Origin: a virus | Lineage: Duplodnaviria; Caudoviricetes | Length of the DNA: 52,422 bases | Direction: 5' to 3' (one strand) | IMG/VR virus record: IMGVR_UViG_3300032216_001635 | Span: 1 to 52,422 of that record | Shown: in pieces, positions 21,301-28,500 of the stretch | Position numbering within the stretch: the first letter of the stretch is position 1 | How the letters are laid out: each line of letters opens with the position of its first letter | Position numbers and translations under genes: made by a program | Notes under the pieces: generated by a model | Seen by the model: only the letters and a program-made list of their open reading frames with translations | The model's database searches: none | What the model was told of the DNA's origin: nothing

Positions 21301-22141
21301 TAAGATTCCTAATGAAATTAACCAGACTGCAAGTTCAATATTCTTTATCAACGAGATGTTCGGTCACATTGTAAACAATACACAGCCTACAAGTTACTAT
21401 CAACAAACTGTTACTCAGTACATTAATCCTCTGTACGTTGGTGGCGGTGATGCATTACCTAAACTACTTGATTTAACTAATATCATTACTAAGATCATTA
21501 GAACAGGTACTAGTGCGGCGCCTACTATTGTTTATCCAACTGCATCTGCACAAACAGTTCAGTTAGCAAATGTACAAACTGTAATTAATAGTAATAAAGC
21601 TACTTTAACATCACAAACATTAACTTACATTGACAATAAGTACAACGGTTTTGAATACAATAAGAAGATTTGTAAACGTGACGTTGGCTTAATTATTGAT
21701 GCGATTGCTAACGACTTAACTAGCGGCGGAAATTATAATACTGTACTAGCAGGTCAAAGTTATTTCTCAAGAGCAGGTACACACCACTATGTACAGCTTG
21801 AAGATAACATTGCAGATGCAACATTGTTCCCAGATAAGAATAGAGTTAACTTCTATCAACGCTCATACATGTCAGCTTCCGGTTACTTGTTTGAGTATGT
21901 GGGTGCAGGTTCTAACTATGGAGCACTACCGCAGGTTGGGCGAGCTGACCCGATTCAATCACACGAAGTTATTCAATTGAATAACGGTAAGGTGTTCTTT
22001 ACATCAACAGACCAAAACGGTGACTTCCGTATTGGTCCAGGATTGGTAATTAGCCAGGCAACTGGTGTGTTATCAGGACGTACATTTACTAAGTCATTGT
22101 TTGCTAACTTGACACCGTTCATCTTAGCAATTGAAGGATAA
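9380..22141 (+). CDS. Giant virion structural protein (~4253 aa): split beta-helix frame carrying 21 CxRD (phycobiliprotein-like) repeats
   Basis: AAGGAG at 9365-9370 favours ATG 9380 (MAIGRITGP) over GTG 9359. Beta-helix cap YVSMDGADTNDG...TIKGA...VAPGRYLE; 21 repeats counted by hand. Confidence 0.85.
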   Translation: MAIGRITGPLLASNLLRDGIDLQVENGLLYLDVTNGRIGVKTQAPAYDLDVNGTIHATKLIVDSTSTLGLLTVSKTGTSATISTVSGPLNITAAPNQTVFVGTNTTIGGDLHATGNITADGNITLGNQQGVDTLTIGAEIVSDILPKTGATYNIGSTANNWLNGYFANVIAGDLGISGDTIAPLTPGAQINIGRTPVQDVNVTPVTNPIVNINGPIRVWGDNPLGTAPVTANVLYVSMDGADTNDGRAADPSRACRTIKGATRSPFYKEGTSIKVAPGRYLEDNPIVLKPYTSVIGSDLRTTDVEPINKTRDLFHVNSGCYVAQMRMLNGRSGLLPGSYGYKEGNNRGAYATAFPQSYNGAKLDLFHSPYIQNCSNQSGPWLYDGTMFIPNQTVQVPEAVGTTSYAINTNSIVVTVSSGSIYVGQSVNAGPQDPGYFAARTLMLANKSFVAEQVIAYIDQTYGGPFQYNSAKCTRDTGLIVDGLALDTLYAGTSQTVFAGLQYWNQSGYVGSVGGEVTTTTAAVNWISSLTQSIILGQSVSFTYQNTVTQVTGLPQGNSADVAAVVKDFKVITDIITTGTTAVTDKIVPNGEITTASHTLNAYAALQANRSFLQAEAIAYVEANKSTGYTYDQAKCQRDTGLIVDALAQDLLFGGASQATFAGIQYWNQYNYVGAIASELTTTTSAIAYVSSLAQKMITNDTSGTRYQTTVTQVTSVNVGTLLEQNKLAANFGLILNVLNNGVAGITDEIVPNSLDSDTNPDVINAYALLQANKAYIQAEVIAYVENIKTGGFTYNQATCYRDVGYMLDSVSFDLLYGGNRQSIQSGVYYYGYSTTSSAIYGQQTQTQDAYNRIKSIVQDIVLGIAIPTTYQYDIPQVTSLTKGTSAEATIIATDIDVITNIIANGPSVVSAKTPIVATRSTDPHVIAAAKMLEANRAFIQAETTAYINAKYGIYDQVKCLRDSKLIVDALAFDMLYPTATDSQSTFAALQYWNQGDYIKPVNSEITTTTNAILFLSKLAKKVVTGSTAGARYQSDVPQITTLTPATATEATAIANDFGTILTILNNGTAGVTDLIVPNSTASVVTNTVNAYNLLNANRAYMQSEVVAYVDAIRGTFPYNHVKCERDTRLIVDALVQDLLFTGLSQSTFAALSYWNQTSSSIPGEVSTTTNTINYISSLAQKVILNDTSGRRYQSAISQDTSITAATSAQAAVLASEFATITDIITNGTAHVTDKIVPNDINARNDIQTVRAYTILQANKTYLQAEAVAYVEATKTLGFTYNSSTCSRDIGYMVDSVSFDLLYNGNRQAIQSGVYYYNFDGTTATPNEITQVVAAYDHLKTMVVSIIQGLLINSPYQTWELQSTSGLAGSVSEVITVQSAIDTIKNIIQNGPSQAPPYSPISLTKSANPNIINAANFLHNNKEFIAQEITAFIDASYNNNTFTYNQKKCERDTGLIVDAIAQDLYFGGTSQSTFAGIQYWNQTAYTGAIGSEITTTTNAINYVSQLAQKIVLNDISGQRYTTGTQITIASATGSGVDVNNITAEFKIITDVLTTGTTGVSNKIVPNSIEPTSTQSTLNAYALLQANKAYLQAEAVAYVESTKTPGFVYNQTKCSRDIGYMVDSISFDLKWGGNRQAYQSAVYYFNHNGNSSAIPGESVQVLDAYSYLKTLVGSIVAAIPVTPKQSDITQISNLSPGTNNEITGAQAKVDIITGIITNGPGTASAAVPIPLTPSATASVYNAAKLLEVNRAFIQAEVTAYINQKYNVFTYNEDKCYRDTGYMIDSIAFDLLHGGNRQAVQSGVYYYGFNSAASAIPGEIPQTIAAYNRIKTIIGSIVSGQTIAKTPGNAYTQITNLPIASQLQITQLRSKVDKITGIINIGPAIAGAPTPISLTASTDPNAQKAFNYLLANRDFIAAEVVAYVNATYGTAFEYDQAKCYRDVGYMIDCVSFDLLRGGNRQAIQAGTLYFGYDSNSTQLINELTQTLQAYEYLAKLVSSVVQSQAVSSFYQSEVPQVLNEGAAGSASIASELVSTIELMSRIINDGPSVAPALIPISLTPSGSADRANAYALLNANRAFIVAELIAFTNTLPNFIYKKEKCSRDVSIIIENLVYDASFGGNAKAIETGLGYYNGVTSVIPNEGTQTIGAINYINTLANYIINNQVAPNLIGSTATYSQVINTAMVGGGIAADAITNGVSIVNNIIANGPGVAPESFIGCAVDPAYMSAEILLQTNRGFIQDEIVEFVNQSFLNFPYNSAKCQRDTGLIVDAVAFDLLYPTTNNSQTTFAGIQYWKQNNYTGTIGTEITTTTNAISWLKTLAQKVILNDTTGVRYQNNTSQVTVSGAPGTAAEVTLVGADFDIISEIINYNTVTGLPITDGIVPNGVANTSISINNAYALLNANRAYLQAETVAYVEATKTAGFTYDINKCYRDAGYMVDSVAFDLLHGGNRQAVQSGVYYYSHTGGATQIPGQSAETIDAFNHIRDVSALLIRGQTVTPTAGNVTTPVTGLPVASVAEVTALQSKFNNITAIISGGASVAPDPTSINLTASANVNLKRTFDILLANRDFLKAEMVAYVNDKYNNSGFTYNQDLCHRDVGLIVDAISHDILLGGNHKSIEAGVSYWQFAVNAVAGQESQTAAAYEYAKTICQKVVSNILVTNKLSTAEQKINTFFENGDAAVPIINRCFDIILNIIVNGPSAAPEQYDGSGFFVTRFDPIIDNVNFAPTVVKVESLGNNQYRVGLSQNTVGVGTNISLYFGQTSVYPTLDKDVPAQWAQRKIDPQGSMGGSLVDGAVISDRSPIQSFVYDAFTQINQGGVGIKITNNGYAQLVSVFTIFCSKSVVVDNGGICSITNSNANFGDFCLIAKGFGKLSFFGEVYNPPVAPYYPNGVFPQNQIVEVYCPDPATRPHIGLVMEVVAPEGYKNAQGLPGFIAAAPTTSTLTTGTVTIGGIDNTGIAIGQNVYVRDQYGSYTDINGVRYASSTTVVSDVDFASISLSEALQTGGGDPANPNYFTVYVSGNAYYTVLGSTLAPDPLPPGQSFISAAINSTGNDNTSQEVQAITYLAQIADKIAVNERVTTLQNTATQTISLALRGGDVAVPTINTLFDTLSTIITGGLNAAPTVVRSGLTSDGAASAASLLLQNKKFIQAEIIEYLDNQYFVYDHKTCARDLGYILDGFGWDAIYQTNYQARKCGNAYQRATSAYVLETEKPQTVDAIAHIASITANLAGISTVGSAISNITNGSTAIQNIINNGTSSQPALVLTDPPGLGAGISSAKTLILQNLNFLKAETIAWIDAKFPTFTYDATKCKRDIGYVLDALAADIVTGSNYRAIKAGQAYYRGNAPGVVANELSETVGAFNYVKGLVNSLTKVAASSTATTSVITGINTITNILTNGLGVSPEAVYPLPAGIDTGVASASQLIQGNIPFIQAEVEGYVNTNFGGFTYNQPKCYRDTGLIVDAIAQDILFNGTSQSQFAGLQYWNQNGYTGSIASELTTTSNAISYVSSLAQKVILNDTSGVRYQSAVSQNTGLPAATAAQATTIATDFGVILNILNNGTAGVTDIIVPNGLTSSASVNVQYAYAILQANKAYLEAEAVAFVEATKSVGFVYNQSTCARDVGYMIDSVSVDLLYGGNRQAVQSGVYYYGFSGTSSAIPNESIQTLQAYNHIKAIVPSIVQGIAITTYQNAVSQVTNLTPGGASQGTTAQAKVDVITNIITNGPTAAGAKTPIGLTQSANGNDVNAAILLEANRAFIQAEVIAYINATYPSGFTYDRAKCKRDVKFLTQALIYDITYGGNAMSVDASLQYWDSSNNNVSTIPNERVQTAAAINYINTVLQKVIRNTAPTTSYSTATQYINTGLTLGANADSTIAGLVTSMSNIVSSGPSAAPLINDITITANATLATAATAIEDNKYSFASQTITWINETYSIFTYNKETCKRDIQFIVEAMVYDLVYGGNWQTVDAGLLYWNGTVSKIPNEINQTASSIFFINEMFGHIVNNTQPTSYYQQTVTQYINPLYVGGGDALPKLLDLTNIITKIIRTGTSAAPTIVYPTASAQTVQLANVQTVINSNKATLTSQTLTYIDNKYNGFEYNKKICKRDVGLIIDAIANDLTSGGNYNTVLAGQSYFSRAGTHHYVQLEDNIADATLFPDKNRVNFYQRSYMSASGYLFEYVGAGSNYGALPQVGRADPIQSHEVIQLNNGKVFFTSTDQNGDFRIGPGLVISQATGVLSGRTFTKSLFANLTPFILAIEG
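10700..17480 (+). repeat. Protein-level tandem array 1: 14 repeats of 160-169 aa
   Basis: Cys codons of CxRD at 10796, 11285, 11777, 12257, 12749, 13235, 13724, 14216, 14699, 15188, 15674, 16154, 16661 and 17153 (spacing 480-507 nt). Array boundaries are approximate. Confidence 0.92.
18780..21770 (+). repeat. Protein-level tandem array 2: 7 repeats of 142-164 aa
   Basis: Cys codons of CxRD at 18878, 19304, 19730, 20222, 20708, 21191 and 21671. Array boundaries are approximate. Confidence 0.9.
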
Positions 22142-22156
22142 TAAGGAAAATATAAA

Positions 22157-22579
22157 ATGGCACTAATTCCATTAAACACGTTCAAAACCAAAACAACGGT
22201 TTTGACAACAGATACAAATGCTACAGTTTATACTGCACCTGTAGGAGTTACATCAATTATATTGATGGCTAACGTAGCCAACGTTGATGTGTATAACACA
22301 GCAACAGTAAGTATAAATGGAGATACGCAGGGGTACCATTCGGTAACTTTTGCACACCATCGAAACTTACCTGTTCTTCCGGATGCACAGGGCAATGGCG
22401 GACAAAACGGAAACATTACAACAGAACTTGTAAACAAGTTTGAAATTCCGCCAAATGACTCTGCTAATATGATTCCTGGTAAGATGATTATCGAAAGTTT
22501 GGACAGCGTTATATGCTACGCAACGGAAGAAAGCTATATGAAATTAACACTAAGTATTTTAGAAACAGCTAACCAGTAA
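22157..22579 (+). CDS. Small structural/adaptor protein, paralog of 8130..8489
   Basis: AAGGA RBS; TVYTAPVGVTSIILMANVAN...FEIPPNDS...GKMIIESLDSV. Confidence 0.7.
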   Translation: MALIPLNTFKTKTTVLTTDTNATVYTAPVGVTSIILMANVANVDVYNTATVSINGDTQGYHSVTFAHHRNLPVLPDAQGNGGQNGNITTELVNKFEIPPNDSANMIPGKMIIESLDSVICYATEESYMKLTLSILETANQ

Positions 22580-22596
22580 TTTTTTAGGAAATAAAA

Positions 22597-25500
22597 ATGC
22601 CATCATTAAGAAGCGGAGGAGCAAGAGCGGCACCCAGTACAAGACTAAGTGCTACTCGCTATACATTTATTACTCTTGCCCAAGCCCAAGCGGCTTTAGG
22701 GGCAACCCCAACCACGGATACTGGATATACTCTTGTTATTGGTGCAAATGGTCAACCTACGTTTACTAATAGTTTAGGACAGATTGCATTTAGTACTGGT
22801 AGTATTACTTCAAATGCACCAGGCGGAAACTTAGTTTTAAATCCAAGCGGCACTGGTACTATCACACTTAATGGTCCAGTTAACATTCCTGATGGTATTA
22901 TTGGTAACGGTTTTAAGAAAGAGATTCAAGCGGCAACTACTCAGTCAGTTGTATTAAACACAAGTACTAGTACTGTTATATATGATGGCGTACACATTAA
23001 CTATCTAGATCGTGTTCTAGTTCGCGCACAAGCAAATCCTGCAGAAAATGGTATCTATTACGCAATTACCGCAACATTTGAACCAGCAACTACAGTTACA
23101 AATTCAATTACATTAGTTCGTTCGACAGATGCAAACTCAACAAGACAATTGGCTCACGCGGCTGTTCCAGTAATAGGTGGCGTCACATATCCAGGAACTT
23201 TATTCTTTACAAGTTTTGCTAATAACGATGTCCTTGATACTACTCCATTAAACTGGTTAGAAATTATTGACGATCTAAGCAATCAAAATGTATTCAACAA
23301 ACTAATAAACAATTCCGCAATTGGTCAAGTTACTCCTAGAGAAGGCAAATTTACTGTTTTAACAGCGTCTAATCTTACAATTTTAACTACCTTTACAGCA
23401 ACGTCTGCTGTTACATTCTCTGGATCTGCGTTATTCAATCCAGTAGATCAAAATATTGTTATTCAACCTAACGGCACAGGTACATTTATTTTAAATCCAG
23501 GTAGCGTCGGTAGCATTGACAATACTAACATTGGTATTAACAGTCCACGTTCTGGCGTGTTTACTAATTTACAAGCAACTACACAGATTTATGACCAAGG
23601 TACTACAAACTCAACTAGCACAACAACTGGTGCATTGGTAGTAGTCGGCGGCGTGGGTATTGGTAAAGACCTAACCATCGGTGGTAATTTATCTCTTAAT
23701 AATGCAGGCGGTCAAGCCGCAGGCGGTATTAGTGCAGGTAGCATTACAACAACTAACTTAACAGTTTTTGGTCAGTCAATATTCACTACCAGTACAAATT
23801 CAACAGGAACAAACACAGGTGCATTAGTAATTGCCGGCGGCGTTGGTATTGCACAAGACTTATTCTTAGGTGGTAATTTATATTTTGCTGGCGAAGGTAA
23901 TAGACTACGTGTACAAAGTTTAGCAGTTACTACAAACACAAATTCTACAAGCACAACAACAGGTGCCGCAGTTATTACTGGCGGATTAGGAATTGGCGGT
24001 GATGTTTGGATTGGTGGACAACTACACTTCGCTGGTAACGGCGGAGACCTATCAGTTTCTACTCTTGCAGTAACAAGTACAACTAATTCAACTTCAACTA
24101 ACACCGGTGCTATCACAGTAGCCGGCGGCGTTGGTGTTGCTAAAGACTTAGTACTAGGTGGCAACTTAACATTCTCCGGCGAAGCAGGTAGAATTGTTGC
24201 AAATCAATTAGTTGTTACAGGAACACAAACATCAACAAGTACAACAACTGGAGCTCTAGTAGTTACTGGTGGTGTTGGTGTTGGCAAAGATGTTGTTATT
24301 GGCGGCAACTTAGATTTAGGTGGTCAATTAACATTTAATAAATCATTTACTGCTACCTTTGTAAGCATTCATATTACAAGTACAGCAAGTGATACTAACA
24401 TATTTGAAAATAATGCTTTGTATGTTGAGGGCGGAACCGCAGTTAAGAAAGACCTAAGCGTTTATGGCAATGCTGTAATCAACGGTAACTTAACGGTAAT
24501 AGGCACACAAACAACTGTAGATAGCCAAAACACATATATTATTGATCCAACTATTGACATCGGTGGTGGCATTAACAATACACCACTGACAACAAACGAC
24601 GGATATGATAGAGGATTAATACTACACTACAATACCGGTGTTACTACAGCAACAAATAATCATGCGTTCTTAGGACGTGATGCTAGCACAGGATATCTAA
24701 CATACAAAGTAAACATTTGGCCAGGTTCAGAAGAAAAAACATCGCCAACATTTACAAATACAGGTAGTTTTGGTACAGCACAATTTGGTGGCTTACGTTT
24801 ATTAGGTGGTATTGCTTCTGTATCAACTAACACAGGCGATCTACAAGTATTAGGTGGTATGGGCGTTCTAGGTAATTCTTATCTAGCTGGTCGTATTACG
24901 CTATCAAATACAGGTGCAAACACTACACAAACATTAAATCACGCATTAATTTTAAATGCTGGTGGTATTGGTGTTGCTGGCGACTCTTACTACGGCGGAA
25001 TTTTACGTGTAGGAAATGCAACAGCATCTAGCAGTCCAACTACAGGAGCTTTCCAAGTACAAGGTGGTGTTGGTATTAATGCTAATCTAAGCGTTGGCGG
25101 ACCTGTACAAATTTATGCAGGCACAAGTGCAACTTCAACAGGTACTGGTGCATTAATTGTTGGCGGCGGCATTGGTGCAAACGGTGATATTTACTGTCAC
25201 AAATTGTTTACTGATGCAGGTGAAACACAATTAACAAACTTTAACGGCGGTACTATTACTGGTATCTTTCACGTTAATAATAGTACAACTGCTACAAGCA
25301 CAGGCAACGCGGCCTTTACAGTATTAGGTGGCGTAGGCATTGGTGCTAACTTGATTGTTGGCGGAACAATTAGTGGTTCTACATTATACTCAAACGGCGC
25401 ACAAGTATTAACAACAGCAACTCCAACAGGATTCGATGGTGGTGTAATCCACTATCCATTACAGATCGGTGATCCTGCGGCAACATTCTTAAACACTCCT

Positions 25501-28500
25501 GCGTTAACCTTAAACGATAACGTCGAATCATACAATACACAAAGCGGATCAATGATCACTTATGGCGGTATTGGCGTCGGAATGAGTGTTCACTTAGGCG
25601 GAACATTAAGTCGTGAAGGCGACTGGACTGCTTACAACTGGGCCGACACTGGTATTGCTCTAAATCTACCAAGTGCAACCTATTACGATAAGAGCGGTAT
25701 TGGAACATACACATCAATTTACGCAACTATGATTGATGTTCCAACATTTGATAGCTTACTAACAACAAATTATACAACAGCGGCAACGGTATATGTTGGT
25801 GGTGCACCAATTGCAGGTAGTTCAAATATTCGTTACACTAACGCATATTCATTATATGTCAACAGTGGAACAGTTTATATTGGCACAACACAAACTAGCA
25901 CAACTACACAATCAGCTAATGCAGTACAATTAGTAGGTGGTCTAAGTGTAGGACAAGATGCACTAGTTGGCGGAACTGTAAAAGCTCTACAAGTTTATGA
26001 CAACAGCACTCGTGTTATTAGCACAGTAAACATTACAGCTGGTACAGGTTTGTCAGGCGGCGGCACCGTTACTGGTCCTACAGCAGTATTAACTCTAACT
26101 AATGCAGGTGTTTTAAGCAACACGGCAGGCGCTGGCATCGCAGTCAACAATACAACCGGTAATGTAACAATCACTAATACTGGTGTGCTAAGTGCAAGAG
26201 CAGGTACTGGAGTTAATATTAATAACACTACTGGAAATATTATTATTTCTAACATAGGTGTTACAAGTATTACTGGCGCAGGATCAATTAGTGTTTCAAC
26301 AAGCACAGGTTCTGTAACAATTAGTTCATTAGATACACTACAAGACGTCACTGAACGCGGTGCTACATCTAACAAAGCAATTTCATTAACATCAACTGGC
26401 ACAGCATTGTCAGTATTAAACAATGTATCAGTTGGCGGTAGTCTATCTGTTGCATCAAGTGCAACGGTAGGAACATTGTTTGCTGGCACAAGTACATTAG
26501 GAAGTGTAACTGTTAATGGTACTGCATTAATTACTGGAAACTTAACAGTTCAAGGTAATCAGACTATTATTAACTCAACTCAGGTATCTATTGAAGACCC
26601 TGTAATCGATGTTGGAACAGGAATTAACAACACTCCACTAATAACAGATGACGGATTTGATAAAGGTATTTTAGTACATTACAATACAGGTGCAAGTGCG
26701 GTCACAGACAATCATGCGTTCTTTGGTTACGAACACCTAACTGGCAAGTTTACATATCGTAAAAACATTTACCCAGGTGGCTTTGAGAATGTACCTAATC
26801 CATATTCAAATACAGGTTCTATTGGCGGCGCAGTTTTCAGCGACTTACAACTGTTAGGAGGCGTAGCTTCTACAGGTCCAACATCCGGTGATTTACAAGT
26901 TGCTGGTGGTATTGGAGTTGGCGGAAACTCAACATTTGTAGGACAGGTTAAATTTAACAATACTACAAACACAATTAGCACATTAACTGGTGCAGTTCAA
27001 GTTAGCGGCGGCGCCAGTGTTGCTAAAGATTTGTACATTGGCGGCAGTCTAATCGTTAACGGCTTTATTATTTCAACTTCAAGTCAGTTTAACGGCGGTA
27101 CAATCTATCAAGACTTGAAGATTAACAGTCCAACAGCTAGCACAGGAACAAATAGCGGTGCATTAGTTGTACAAGGCGGTGGCGGTATTGGTGGAGATTT
27201 GTATATTGGCGGACGTATTGACGCCAGTGCAATCTATCAAAACGGTCAACCAATTAGTACAAACATTGGTCTAAACTTAGGCCCTGGATTAACTGGTGGT
27301 GTAACAACTAGCTCTGGTGGTGTATTAATTTCCTTAACTAACACAGGCTTGATAAATCTTGCCGCAGGTGTTGGTATTAGAATTGATAATACTGGTACAA
27401 GTGGCACAACAACTGTAACTAACATTGGTGTAGTCGGTATTACTGTTGGCACAGGCATTGGCGCAATTGGTTACTTACCGGGTGCTTCAACAAGTACTGG
27501 TACAGTTCGCCTAGTAAACTTAGGTGTTACAAGTGCTACAGCCGGTACAGGTATAAACATTGACCAGTCGACTGGTAGTATTATTGTCAGCAACGTTGGT
27601 GTTACAAGTATACAAAAAGTAGGTAATGGTTTAACATTATCAACCAGCACTGGTTCCGTTATTTTAATTAACTCTGGTGTTACAAGTTTAACAGCAGGCA
27701 CAGATACTGCCGTAACACAGGCATCTGGTGATATTGTTGTTTGGAACACAAGCACATTAGATACCGTAGTAAGTCGTGGAAATATTACTACAGGTACTAT
27801 TGTAATCAGCAATCTAACTTCATCTACAAATTATGCATCTGGTGCATTACAAGTTACTGGTGGTGTTGGTATTGGTGGTGATGTTTTTGTAGCAGGTAAA
27901 GTAAACGTATCTGGAATTGTAACAGCTCCATTTGCCACAATCGCAGACTTTACATTTACTGCATCTAGCATTACAAGTTTACCAAATGACGCTATTACAA
28001 TTACAGCACCTGGTGCAACGGGTTCAGTTAATGCGCTAGCAAACACAATTTCTTTAACTGCAATTAGTACAGCAACTATTAGTGCGCCAACTACTAACGT
28101 AACAGGTTTAGTAAACTTTACTAACGTTACAACTGCTACTAGTACAACAACTGGTGCAATTAAGATTGCTGGCGGTGCAAGTATCGCAAACAACCTGTAT
28201 GTTAACGGAACTGTTTTTGCAGGAGGCGGATACTTAGGCTTAAATCCTGAGAAAATCTTCCAAAGTACATCTAGTGTAACAGTTATTGACAAAGGTGTGC
28301 CTGTACAACAAGTTTATATTAGTGTTGCAGGTACAACAGCTACACAATTCTTTAAAGATAGTGTAAGCATCAACGTTCCATTGACTGTACCAAACATTAC
28401 TTCAACAGGTACAATTACTCGTAGCGGCCCGATTACACGTACATCTTGGGGATTCAATGGTGTAGGTTTATCATTGTTAGATGCAACTTACAGCGACTCT

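Noticed and set aside
10700-21770. CRISPR array or multi-haem cytochrome as an explanation of the repeats
   Set aside because: The repeats are in-frame, degenerate ~490-nt coding units without spacers, and they have a single Cys in CxRD rather than CxxCH.
10700-21770. Concluding a cyanobacterial host from the phycobiliprotein-like repeats
   Set aside because: No photosynthesis or bilin genes are in the window, so the host cannot be assigned from this sequence.
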